Assembly (NCBI GenBank): GCA_028286605.1
Contig: JAQBRE010000002.1
Span: 326,011-390,010 of the forward strand
Source: Parcubacteria group bacterium
GTDB taxonomy: Bacteria > Patescibacteriota > Minisyncoccia > Phycocordibacterales > Phycocordibacteraceae
DNA length: 64,000 nucleotides
Direction: 5' to 3'
The position numbers were made by a program, and so were the translations under genes. A model generated the notes under the pieces. It did no database searches and was not told where the DNA came from. It saw nothing but the letters and a program-made list of their open reading frames with translations. Shown here one piece after another: positions 8,783 to 19,125 of this stretch; positions within the stretch are counted from its first letter, which is position 1; every line of letters begins with the position of its first letter.

Positions 8783-10792
8783 CTAAACCCCGATCAGAAC
8801 GGGAATCACCATCGGTGCCTTGTTCGTGCGGTTGAAGAGGTAGCCGCTCACGACATCCGAAAGATTATTCTTTACGTAGTCGAGGTCTACCGGATTCATT
8901 CCCTGCGTGGAATCTTCAACGGTCTTCTTGATGAGCAGGCGTGCCTGATTGAGCAGGTCCTGGCTCTCGCGTAGATATACGAAGCCGCGCGAGATGATGT
9001 CCGGAGATTTGCGAAGCTTGCCGGTCTTCAGGTTAACGGTCGCGATGATGACGAACATGCCATCCTTCGCGAGTGCCTGACGATCACGGATAACCACTTC
9101 CTGCATGTCGCCGATAGCGAAGCCGTCAACGATGAGCGGAGAGGAAGGAACTTTATCCTTGTGAATCTCCATCTTCTCGCCATCGATGATGTCGATAACG
9201 GTACCGTTGTCTGCAACGACGATAGTGTCACGCGGACGTCCAGCCTGTTCCACCGCTTTCGCATGCGAAGCAGTCATAGAATAGTAGCCGTATGCAGGCA
9301 TGAAGAACTTCGCGTTGACCTTCTTGTTGATCCAGATGAGCTCGCCGGTGTTGCCGTGGCCTGTGGAGTGCACGTCGCTCGAGCGGTAATGGATGAGCGT
9401 CACGCCGTTGCGATACAGGTTGTCCTTCAGCGTCTGCACGGAGATCTCGTTTCCTGGAATGACCGAGGAAGAGAGGACGATCGTGTCGCGCGGATTGAGC
9501 TGGATGAACTTGTGCTGCTTCGTCGCGATGCGCATGAGCGCAGCGAACTGCTCGCCCTGGGCGCCGGTCGAAAGGATGACGATCTTATCGGGCGGATAGT
9601 CGGCCATTTCCTGTGCAGGAATGATCGTATCCTTCTTGATATCGATAAGGCCCGTCTTCTGTGCGATCTCGAGGTTCGTCTTGATAGAGCGACCTTCCGT
9701 CACGACTTTCTTTCCGAGCTTCTCGCAGGTCTCGATGATGTGGACCATACGCTCGAACTGCGAAGCGAACGTACCGATGATGAGTCGGCCGTGCACGTTC
9801 TTGATGATGTCTTCGAGAGTCTCGTGCACTTTGCGCTCTGGCATAGAGAAGCCGTCACGTTCAGCGTTCGTAGAGTCCGCGATGAAGAACAGGTTCTTCT
9901 GCGCAGCGAGAACGCCCCAGGTCTTCTCTTCAGCCGGCGTCGGAACGCCGTCATTGTGATCGAGCTTAAGGTCTCCTGTAACGACGACGTTGCCGTACGG
10001 AGTCTCGATAGCGATTCCCATGGAATCAGGAATCGAATGCGTTACGGCGAAGAACTGAACCTTGGTCGAGCCGATGGTCATGGTCTGACCAGCCTGCACG
10101 ACGACGAGGTTCGGCTTCGGTACGTCGGGATACTCTTCCTGACGCTTCGCGATCATCACGGCAGTGAGATTCTGCGTGTAGATCGGCGGATTGCCGAAAC
10201 GATTCATGAGGAACGGGATGCCGCCGATGTGGTCGAGGTGGCCGTGCGTGATGAATACGCCGCGGACGCGGTCTGCATTCTTTTCAAGATATGCGGTGTT
10301 CGGGAGCATGTAGTCCACGCCAGGATTCGCTTCCTCGGAAACGAACTGGAAGCCGACGTCGAAGATGAAGATGTCTCCATTGGTCTCGACGCAGAACATG
10401 TTGCGGCCCACTTCTTCTACGCCGCCGAGCGGAATGATGCGAACGACATTCGATGCCGGTGCGGCAGGAAAGTAGTCGGCAGTTCGCTTGGTGAGAGTCG
10501 GTGCGGGGCGACGCATGCGCATGCGGTCGCGGGATGAACCGTTGCGGCCGCCGGGGCTGCGTGATCCTTGCGGACGAGGTCCGTCGGAACGGGGAGCGCC
10601 TCCTTCGGAACGCTGGCCTTCAGGGCGCGGTCCATCAGGACGAGGTCCTCGTCCTTGGCCGCCACGACGTGAAGGACGGCGCGGACCCATAGATCGGTCG
10701 CCTTCAGTGCGTGCGCCTTCGGGACGCGGTGCGCTCGAACGGTCCTCGTTATTAGAGCGAGGTGCCGGAGCGGGTGCGGGTGCTGATGCCAT
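8783..10792 (-). CDS. rnj: Ribonuclease J (metallo-beta-lactamase/beta-CASP) with ~110 aa N-terminal Arg/Gly/Pro-rich disordered extension
   Basis: HGHLDHIGG motif and the beta-CASP/RNase J architecture, about 555 aa. The N-terminus is MASAPAPAPAPRS...RGGQGRGPRPDGPRPEG..., a low-complexity RGG-like tail. Confidence 0.85.
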   Translation of the reverse strand: MASAPAPAPAPRSNNEDRSSAPRPEGARTEGDRSMGPRRPSRRGGQGRGPRPDGPRPEGQRSEGGAPRSDGPRPQGSRSPGGRNGSSRDRMRMRRPAPTLTKRTADYFPAAPASNVVRIIPLGGVEEVGRNMFCVETNGDIFIFDVGFQFVSEEANPGVDYMLPNTAYLEKNADRVRGVFITHGHLDHIGGIPFLMNRFGNPPIYTQNLTAVMIAKRQEEYPDVPKPNLVVVQAGQTMTIGSTKVQFFAVTHSIPDSMGIAIETPYGNVVVTGDLKLDHNDGVPTPAEEKTWGVLAAQKNLFFIADSTNAERDGFSMPERKVHETLEDIIKNVHGRLIIGTFASQFERMVHIIETCEKLGKKVVTEGRSIKTNLEIAQKTGLIDIKKDTIIPAQEMADYPPDKIVILSTGAQGEQFAALMRIATKQHKFIQLNPRDTIVLSSSVIPGNEISVQTLKDNLYRNGVTLIHYRSSDVHSTGHGNTGELIWINKKVNAKFFMPAYGYYSMTASHAKAVEQAGRPRDTIVVADNGTVIDIIDGEKMEIHKDKVPSSPLIVDGFAIGDMQEVVIRDRQALAKDGMFVIIATVNLKTGKLRKSPDIISRGFVYLRESQDLLNQARLLIKKTVEDSTQGMNPVDLDYVKNNLSDVVSGYLFNRTNKAPMVIPVLIGV

Positions 10793-10873
10793 AGTAGTAG
10801 TTTAATTTAGAATAATTGGCGAAATAAACAGTGAGCAGCGGGTGACGCGAGGCGTCCGCCCACTACTTTCTAG

Positions 10874-12571
10874 TTACTTCTTCACGAAGATCGGCCACAC
10901 GAGCTCCTCGTTGCGATACCAGTGCGACACATCGTCGAACCGGTCTGATGGTGCCGCGACGTGATTCAGATGCACGCCACGCAGGCTGGCCGGTATCGCG
11001 TACACGAAGTCTGGCGTGTGCGTGAACGCGGCAGGGTAGTCGTTCGCGATTGTCGTGTTAAGCGTCGCAAGGTCAGTGAGATCAGGCGTCTGCGCGCTGC
11101 GAATCTTTTCGAGCAACGCATCCGTAGTCTTGCTCGAGTAGTCTGCGATGTTCAGGCCCGGGTCTGCGCGCTCCGCCGTATCCCAGAACGCATAGAGGTC
11201 TGGGCTCCGGCCTATGATTTCTCCGAAGAGGAGCGCGCCGTAGGCGCGCGGACGGATAACATTCTGCGTCAAAGAACTCGGATCCTGCAGCTGGATAGTG
11301 GTCGGAACGCCAAGCGCTTGCCAGTCTTTCTGTATCTGCGAAGCGACCGCTTTCAGTTCCGGCACATTGCTCGTGGTGAGCGGTACCGAAAGATTCACGC
11401 CAGCCTTGCTCCACGTTTGCGTACTGGTAGCGAATTTCCATTTTCCCGCTATCAATACCGTGCGCGCATCCGCGATACGCGTGCTTGCGTCAGGAAGTGC
11501 GATAGCGGGAACGCCATTGCCAGGCGGCACAGGACCGTTGATTGGCGTCGCATATCCGCCGAGCGCGTCACTTACGATCGCCTGGCGGTCGATCGCGATA
11601 GAAAGCGCTTCGCGTACGCTCGTGTCTGTAAATAGCGCATTGTTCGCAGGATTGAAGAAGACACCGAAGACTCGATCATACGGCACGCGAAGTGCACTCT
11701 TCGTCGCGACTCCGTACCCACTTTCAACGCTGCCGCTCTTGAGTGCTGCAGCGAGTGATTCCTGGTCTGCAAAGAATACCAGGCGCATGCCGTTCAAGTA
11801 TGCGCGGCTGGGTGCATATCCTTTGAATACGCTGAGATCATACGAAGCGATCGAGCCGTCTTTCGCACGAGCCACGTTCGATACTTCGAATGGCCCTGCC
11901 CCCACTGCATTTACCTGATAGTTCGAGAACGCGAATTCCGAATCTGAAACATTCTTCCATATATGCATAGGAAGAATGCCGAGCGTCGTGTCTTCTAGGA
12001 AGGGTTGATATGCCTTGGGCAGTGTGAAGCGAACCGTACGTGCATCTATCGCTTCTGCACGAATATTCGCCCAGTTCGCCAGCACGGGGCTACGTAACGC
12101 AGGATCTTGTGCCTTCGTAACCGTATACACCACATCGCTTGCTGTTACGGGCGTACCGTCCGAGAACGTCGCATTCGAGCGCAGTATAAAGGTGTACGTC
12201 TTTCCATCGGGCGAAACGGTATAGCTTTGCGCGAGTATAGGTACGAGCGCTCCGGTACTATCGTGGCCCATAAGGCCGGCGAAGGTAAGTGCCGTGAGGT
12301 CGCGGTCTGTATCTGAAATGGCAAGGATCGGGTTCACGAACCGTGGCGCTCCTACGATTCCTTCAGTAAGCGAACCGCCATACGAAGGTTCTGCTATAAG
12401 GAATCGCAATTCAATGCCATAGAGCGCGATAACGCACGCAAGCAGAACCAGTCCGCCAAGAACCTGCGCGATAAGGCGATCACCAGGTGAAAGGGCACGT
12501 AAGTAGCGAAAGGGAGAGGTCATGCTTTGCACAGAGGACACGGACAAAAGGGAAGCATAGCTTCCCGCCAC
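10874..12571 (-). CDS. ABC transporter substrate-binding protein, family 5 (oligopeptide/nickel type)
   Basis: N-terminal TM anchor, then an SBP_bac_5-like region (YTF.LR....FSDGTP.TA.DVV.T). 565 aa. No adjacent permease genes. Confidence 0.65.
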   Translation of the reverse strand: MAGSYASLLSVSSVQSMTSPFRYLRALSPGDRLIAQVLGGLVLLACVIALYGIELRFLIAEPSYGGSLTEGIVGAPRFVNPILAISDTDRDLTALTFAGLMGHDSTGALVPILAQSYTVSPDGKTYTFILRSNATFSDGTPVTASDVVYTVTKAQDPALRSPVLANWANIRAEAIDARTVRFTLPKAYQPFLEDTTLGILPMHIWKNVSDSEFAFSNYQVNAVGAGPFEVSNVARAKDGSIASYDLSVFKGYAPSRAYLNGMRLVFFADQESLAAALKSGSVESGYGVATKSALRVPYDRVFGVFFNPANNALFTDTSVREALSIAIDRQAIVSDALGGYATPINGPVPPGNGVPAIALPDASTRIADARTVLIAGKWKFATSTQTWSKAGVNLSVPLTTSNVPELKAVASQIQKDWQALGVPTTIQLQDPSSLTQNVIRPRAYGALLFGEIIGRSPDLYAFWDTAERADPGLNIADYSSKTTDALLEKIRSAQTPDLTDLATLNTTIANDYPAAFTHTPDFVYAIPASLRGVHLNHVAAPSDRFDDVSHWYRNEELVWPIFVKK

Positions 12572-12573
12572 TC

Positions 12574-12804
12574 TTATCCGAGGATAAATCCTGCTATAGC
12601 ACTGGCTACGAAGAGAATTGCGATGACTATCGTCGCATTGAATAGGAACTTCTCCGCGCCTCGGCGCTTATAGAAAGTCGATGCGAAATTATCACCTCCG
12701 AAGGCGCCCCCGAGGCCGGCACCGCGCTGTTGTAGCACGATACCTACGATTAGGAGCAGGGAGGTGGTGATTTCCGCGTATGGCAATATCGCCGTGAGTG
12801 TCTC
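12574..12804 (-). CDS. secG: Preprotein translocase subunit SecG
   Basis: LLLIVGIVLQQRGAGLGGAFGG motif plus a second TM helix. The likely start is the internal ATG (METLTA...). The track's ORF extends to 12870. Confidence 0.65.
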   Translation of the reverse strand, partial: ETLTAILPYAEITTSLLLIVGIVLQQRGAGLGGAFGGDNFASTFYKRRGAEKFLFNATIVIAILFVASAIAGFILG

Positions 12805-12850
12805 CATCTGTAGCCCGTAGGGTACCACATCAAGCGGGGTCCGAGCAAGC

Positions 12851-13201
12851 CTAGCGTTCTGGAGTATCAATCGCGACGCTCTTGCTTTCTCCGAGGCTTA
12901 TTGTCTTATCTCCTTCGCGTCCGAGAGAAATCGTTTGCCCTTCCGATGAGGGAACATTAATAGCGTGCGGCGCATCAGCCGAAGTCATGCCAGCCGTTGG
13001 ATTTACGTATTCAGCAGGCATTGTTGAAACAGTGGGCGTTGGAGGATGCTGTAGTCCGTGTGCCATTTCGTCAGCACTATGAACTATTTCTGCTGCGCCT
13101 ATGATTCCTGCCGCAGCGCCAGCAATCATTGCTCCTTCCCTTACGCCTTTCTTCTTAAACAAATTTTCAAAACCCATACAAATGTAATTACGATTATCCA
13201 T
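12851..13201 (-). CDS. Hypothetical protein (116 aa)
   Basis: ORF with N-terminal MGFENLFKKKG and a Gly/Ala-rich amphipathic segment. No motif recognised. Confidence 0.35.
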   Translation of the reverse strand: MDNRNYICMGFENLFKKKGVREGAMIAGAAAGIIGAAEIVHSADEMAHGLQHPPTPTVSTMPAEYVNPTAGMTSADAPHAINVPSSEGQTISLGREGDKTISLGESKSVAIDTPER

Positions 13202-13261
13202 TTATGATAACGTCCCACATTTAATTATCGGTCAAGAGGAGGGAAGGGTGGGGATAAGAAA

Positions 13262-13284
13262 AACCTCCGGAGTGTAAGTCCGGA
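13262..13284. terminator. Hairpin terminator downstream of membrane protein gene 13313..13726
   Basis: cctccggag-tgtaagt-ccggagg, with T-runs on both sides. Confidence 0.5.
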
Positions 13285-13312
13285 GGTCCTTTTCTGGAGG
13301 TGGCATGTCGCT

Positions 13313-13726
13313 TTAGTCGGTGCCGCAGCCGCCGACGATCTTGGGTTGGCTGCTCAACACGAAAACTGTTTGGAGCAGGCCAACCATGGCGACAACGCAC
13401 CAGGTGATGCGGAACATGTCCTGCCATCCGTTGAGGTAGAACTCGTTCTGAGTGTGGCTGGTGGTCATGACCCAGCCGGCCCAGATGGCCGTGAAGACTA
13501 GCATGACATTGACCAGGACCATCACCGGCTTCGCCAGAGATCCACGCTCGAGCATGTCCATCAGGAAATAGTTCCTCATGGCGACGCCGCCCAGCGCACA
13601 TACAGTGATGACGCCGGCCGGGAAGATCTCGAAGGAGTTGTCCGAAAGGACACCCCAGCGAACTGCCAGGACGGCGCCGATAAGCAGAGTAGCGAGGCCG
13701 AAACCGAAATGAACACGGTGTTGCAT
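13313..13726 (-). CDS. Hypothetical 4-TM membrane protein (137 aa)
   Basis: Four hydrophobic helices. The Arg-rich 173 aa ORF in the other frame (13221..13742) is rejected. Confidence 0.45.
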   Translation of the reverse strand: MQHRVHFGFGLATLLIGAVLAVRWGVLSDNSFEIFPAGVITVCALGGVAMRNYFLMDMLERGSLAKPVMVLVNVMLVFTAIWAGWVMTTSHTQNEFYLNGWQDMFRITWCVVAMVGLLQTVFVLSSQPKIVGGCGTD

Positions 13727-13845
13727 GGCTCGGTTCTCCCAATAGCCGTTGATTTGGACTGGATATACTATAGCACTATAATTGTGTATTTGTCAAGTTA
13801 AGCAAATAATGTGACAGGGAAGCAGAAGTACTATTTGGAGATATC

Positions 13846-13875
13846 AAATAATGACCAGATTTCTGGTCATTATTT
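13846..13875. promoter_or_regulatory. 30 bp palindrome AAATAATGACCAGA-TT-TCTGGTCATTATTT. Candidate operator, 178 bp upstream of groES.
   Basis: Perfect 14 bp arms. A near-identical copy lies at 56862..56901. No CIRCE (TTAGCACTC-N9-GAGTGCTAA) or HAIR element is present upstream of groES. Confidence 0.5.
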
Positions 13876-14052
13876 AGAGTTGACGAAATAGAACTATCTA
13901 CGCGTACAGGGCGATAAAACAGCTTTATTTGACGCGTTTCTTGCATCTTCATATACTTAGCCTACCTGTGGATAACTTTTTGAGGCAGGGAAGCGTCTTG
14001 CCTCAGAATCCACGCATTTACAAGCGTTCTTCAACTCCCTAAGAGCGTATTT

Positions 14053-14355
14053 ATGGCTAAAAACAAAGTATCTATTTCACCGCTTGCCGATCGCGTCGTC
14101 GTACAGCCGTTCGCAAAGGAAGAAATCTCTGCTTCAGGCATCATAATTCCTGACACGGCAAAACAAGATAAACCTGAAAGGGGTACGGTTGTCGCAGCTG
14201 GTCCCGGTAAGTTCGAAGACGGTGCTCGCTCCCCTATGACCGTTAAAGTCGGAGATGTCGTCCTGTTCAGCAAGTATGGATATGACGAAGTGAAGATCGA
14301 CGGTCAGGAATACTTTATCTTGGCTGAATCCGCTATCCTCGCGAAAATCGACTAG
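14053..14355 (+). CDS. groES: Co-chaperonin GroES
   Basis: 100 aa. Canonical sequence (VSISPLADRVVV...GIIIPDTAK...GTVVAAGPG). Confidence 0.95.
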   Translation: MAKNKVSISPLADRVVVQPFAKEEISASGIIIPDTAKQDKPERGTVVAAGPGKFEDGARSPMTVKVGDVVLFSKYGYDEVKIDGQEYFILAESAILAKID

Positions 14356-14404
14356 CAACTCCCCCATTCAATTCCCTTTTATTTCTTTTCATTTAATCCT
14401 TTAA

Positions 14405-16057
<1,653 letters not shown>

Positions 16058-16095
16058 AAAACTGACTTCCCTGCCAGACGATATATAAAATGAGA

Positions 16096-16122
16096 CCCCG
16101 CCGACCATTCTGGTCGGCGGGG
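16096..16122 (+). terminator. Rho-independent terminator after groEL
   Basis: 12 bp GC-rich stem ccccgccgacca/tggtcggcgggg, followed by a T-rich tract. Confidence 0.65.
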
Positions 16123-16336
16123 TTACTCGTTTGAAATAGTATCTATCGATACCGTACGCCTGAAGTAATCAGGCTGACAATGATAAAGAGCGTTGCAGCG
16201 ATGAATTTTGCAGCATAGACATGCATTAGTATCCCCCTGTTTTTACTTCCATAACAATAAATCCAGAATGCTTCTTTCGCAACGCTTGAACACCTTTGAC
16301 AACGGAGTATACTGACTGCATAACCAATCTATTCCT

Positions 16337-16903
16337 ATGATTACTCTCTACATCGTGCTCGGCATCATTGTCGTTATCGTTCTCTGGGTTATCGCTGCTT
16401 TTAACGGATTCGTCTCGCGCGTTAACCATACGAAGGAAGCACTTGCTGATATCGATGTGCAGTTGAAGCGCCGGTATGACCTCATCCCTAACCTCGTTGA
16501 AACGGTGAAGGGATATGCCGCACACGAATCTGCTGCGTTCGAGAATGTAACCAAGGCTCGCGCGGCAGCCATGGGCGCAAGCTCAGGCACTCCTGCTGAA
16601 AAGGCCGCTGCTGAAAACCAGCTTTCCGGCACACTTAAAACGCTCTTCGCGGTTACGGAAGCGTACCCAGACCTTAAGGCGAATCAGAACTTCCTTCAGC
16701 TTCAGAAAGAGCTTGGCGACACGGAAGACAAGATTCAGGCTGCACGCCGCTTCTACAACACCAACGTTCAGGACCTCAACACTGCACTCCAGTCTTTCCC
16801 TGGAAACATTATCGGTTCTTCGTTCCACTTCCAGAAAATGGATCTCTTCCAGCTCGATGCGACTGATTCTGCTGCTCGCGAACCGGTTAAAGTCAGTTTC
16901 TAG
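16337..16903 (+). CDS. lemA: LemA family protein
   Basis: N-terminal TM, then the LemA signature (NGFVSRVNHTKEALADIDVQLKRRYDLIPNLVETVKGYA). Confidence 0.85.
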   Translation: MITLYIVLGIIVVIVLWVIAAFNGFVSRVNHTKEALADIDVQLKRRYDLIPNLVETVKGYAAHESAAFENVTKARAAAMGASSGTPAEKAAAENQLSGTLKTLFAVTEAYPDLKANQNFLQLQKELGDTEDKIQAARRFYNTNVQDLNTALQSFPGNIIGSSFHFQKMDLFQLDATDSAAREPVKVSF

Positions 16904-16994
16904 GCTGCGTAGAAGCATTCTTCAGATTTTCTTTATCTCGTCTTGATATCTTTTTGAAGGCGAGCAAAAGCTTCGATTGATATACTGACAAGAT

Positions 16995-17273
16995 ATGATT
17001 AAAAAAGAACTCACACTCAAAAAAGACACTAAGAAAGAAAGCGAAATCGCAGCACTGGCTCGTATGGTAGCGAATGGATTTAACCATATGCTCGAAGTGA
17101 TGGACGAAAAATTTGAGGCAGTCGATAAGCGATTCGATAAATTAGAGGATCGCGTGGATATTTTAGAAAATAAAGTTGATGGAATTAGTGACCTTCTCCA
17201 CAGTGTGGTTATGCCGACACTTGAAGCTCACGACGGACGTATTAAACGTATAGAAAAAACAGCATTCGCATAA
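16995..17273 (+). CDS. Hypothetical coiled-coil protein (92 aa) in a low-GC islet between lemA and htpX
   Basis: Heptad-like region EVMDEKFEAVDKRFDKLEDRVDILENKVDGISDLL. Local GC is about 40% against about 57% in the flanks. Confidence 0.4.
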   Translation: MIKKELTLKKDTKKESEIAALARMVANGFNHMLEVMDEKFEAVDKRFDKLEDRVDILENKVDGISDLLHSVVMPTLEAHDGRIKRIEKTAFA

Positions 17274-17277
17274 AACA

Positions 17278-18189
17278 ATGGCTACCTTATACCAAGAACG
17301 ATCAAGCAATATATGGCGAACGGCATTCCTGATGGCGTTCTTTCTGGCCGTCGTACTTGGAATCGGCTATTTCATAGCGTGGTATTACAATTCACTGGCA
17401 ATCTTGATCGTGGCAGTGATATTTGCGGTGGCAATGAACTTCTGGAGCTACTGGTTCTCTGATTCGACCGTGCTTTCCATGACCGGTGCGAGGCCCGCCT
17501 CCCGCGAAGAATTCTTCGATTTCTATACCGTCACAGAGAATCTTGCCATTACGGCTGGTCTCCCGATGCCGAAGCTATATGTGCTCGACGACCCTTCTCC
17601 CAATGCATTCGCAACCGGGCGCAATGAGAAACACGCTGTTGTTTGTGCAACCAGCGGCTTGCTTGCTATGATGACGCGCCAGGAACTGGAAGGCGTTATC
17701 GGGCACGAGCTTTCGCACGTGAAGAATCGCGACATCCTCGTGATGACGGTTGCCGTGGTTCTTGCAGGATTCTTGGCTATTATCGCTGACATTTTCATAC
17801 GCGTTTCGTTCTGGGGCGGCGGTCGCGGCAATAATGATCGTGGTGGTAACCCTATCGTTCTTATCCTTGGTATCGTCGCGATAATCCTTGCCCCTATCGC
17901 GGCACAGCTCATTCAGCTCGCTATTTCGCGTCGTCGTGAATACCTTGCAGACGAATCGGGCGTATTGCTTACGCGCTATCCCGAAGGGTTGGCCTCGGCG
18001 CTTCAGAAAATCGGTGCGTATGCGCTACCGATGCGCCGCGCTTCGCATGCAACAGCTCATCTATTTATCGGGGACCCGTTCGGTGCTCAGAAGAGCAACT
18101 GGATCAACAATCTGTTCTCTACGCACCCGCCTATCGCAGACCGCGTTCGTCGTTTGCTCGGGCAGGCGTCTGCACCGGCAGCTGAGTAA
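17278..18189 (+). CDS. htpX: Zinc metalloprotease HtpX (peptidase M48)
   Basis: HELSHV (HExxH) zinc motif, 4 TM topology, and LemA-HtpX gene pairing. Confidence 0.85.
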   Translation: MATLYQERSSNIWRTAFLMAFFLAVVLGIGYFIAWYYNSLAILIVAVIFAVAMNFWSYWFSDSTVLSMTGARPASREEFFDFYTVTENLAITAGLPMPKLYVLDDPSPNAFATGRNEKHAVVCATSGLLAMMTRQELEGVIGHELSHVKNRDILVMTVAVVLAGFLAIIADIFIRVSFWGGGRGNNDRGGNPIVLILGIVAIILAPIAAQLIQLAISRRREYLADESGVLLTRYPEGLASALQKIGAYALPMRRASHATAHLFIGDPFGAQKSNWINNLFSTHPPIADRVRRLLGQASAPAAE

Positions 18190-18213
18190 GATTCGTGCTA
18201 TAACAATCCCACT

Positions 18214-18300
18214 GGAGGCGTCGCATAGTGGTCTAGTGCACCACCTTGGAAAGGTGGCAGACTCGAAAGGGTCTCGAGAGTTCGAATCTCTCCGCCTCCG
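18214..18300 (+). tRNA. tRNA-Ser (anticodon GGA), type II with long variable arm. CCA not encoded.
   Basis: Acceptor GGAGGCG/CGCCTCC, anticodon stem CCACC/GGTGG, loop TTGGAAA, T-loop GTTCGAATC. Confidence 0.85.
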
Positions 18301-18314
18301 CTATTGAGATAGAA

Positions 18315-18349
18315 AAAAGGAATGGCCCGCGAAGCGGGCCATTCCTTTT
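18315..18349. terminator. Bidirectional terminator between tRNA-Ser/htpX (+) and the dsbA-like gene (-)
   Basis: 16 bp stem aaaaggaatggcccgc / gcgggccattcctttt, with A/T runs on both sides. Confidence 0.6.
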
Positions 18350-18374
18350 ACTCGCAGCGTATTATCTTAGGTAC

Positions 18375-19082
18375 CTACCGCGAAATAAGTGCCACATCTA
18401 TTGCCTTTGCCATGTCTGCGTAGGCCTCTGCACCACTTATAAGCTGTCTGCCGATAACGAACGATGGAGTCGAATTGATTCCAAGGTCGCTACCTTCAGA
18501 ACGATCTGCACTAATGCGCGCCTCATACACCGTCTTATTTGCATTCGTGTCGTTCGTTAGCATAGCGAAATCCATACCTGGAATGCTTTGCGTTACTGAA
18601 CGAATATGAGCAAGGTTAGCATCAGCATTCAGAATATTTTCCTGAGGCTGAGAAGCGTACATTGCCTGGTGCCAGGCACCGAATTTATCCGGGTACATAT
18701 GCCACACCGCACGCGCATAGAGCGCGTCCATATCGGAGTCAGACCCTATGAACTGGAAGTCTTTGAAGACAATACGTATCTTCCCGGTATCCACGTAATT
18801 CTGGATTATTTGAGGAAGTTCCGTAGTGTCGAAGCGACTGCAGAACGGACATTGATAATCAGACCAATACGCCATTGCTATCGGCGCATTCGGATCGCCT
18901 ATAGTTGGCTCGTTCGTGGTGTTAATCTTACTAATTTCAACAGCGACGGATGGATTCGTATTCGGGTTCTTCATCGGTTGTGATGACGGTTCGCCCCGTA
19001 TATACATCACCCCTGCAATGAGAACACCTGCTGCAAGTACTGCGATCGGTGTTGCCACCTTCGCGAGTGCTGATAGATTCAT
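18375..19082 (-). CDS. DsbA-family thiol:disulfide oxidoreductase, membrane-anchored
   Basis: CPFC thioredoxin-fold active site and the DsbA-like context (YVDTGKIRIVFKDFQF). The likely start is MNLSALAKV at 19082 (TM anchor). The track's start at 19199 overlaps the next gene. Confidence 0.7.
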   Translation of the reverse strand: MNLSALAKVATPIAVLAAGVLIAGVMYIRGEPSSQPMKNPNTNPSVAVEISKINTTNEPTIGDPNAPIAMAYWSDYQCPFCSRFDTTELPQIIQNYVDTGKIRIVFKDFQFIGSDSDMDALYARAVWHMYPDKFGAWHQAMYASQPQENILNADANLAHIRSVTQSIPGMDFAMLTNDTNANKTVYEARISADRSEGSDLGINSTPSFVIGRQLISGAEAYADMAKAIDVALISR

Positions 19083-19125
19083 ATATTTGCATGCTACTAG
19101 TAAGTAATGACTGGAGCGGTATTCA

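Noticed and set aside
9161-10537. 458 aa plus-strand ORF antisense to rnj
   Set aside because: Leu/Arg/Asp/Val-dominated low-complexity translation, typical of the reverse strand of a GC-rich gene. It lies entirely within the well-supported RNase J gene.
13221-13742. 173 aa Arg/His/Pro-rich minus-strand ORF
   Set aside because: Overlaps the 137 aa 4-TM protein in another frame. The translation looks like a GC-rich out-of-frame artefact.
13700-14052. Search for CIRCE (TTAGCACTC-N9-GAGTGCTAA), HAIR or CtsR boxes upstream of groES
   Set aside because: None present. Only the novel 30 bp palindrome and a leader hairpin were found.
16226-16525. 99 aa minus-strand ORF overlapping the lemA start
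   Set aside because: Antisense to the lemA 5' end and the lemA promoter (TTGAAC-N16-TATACT). Spurious.
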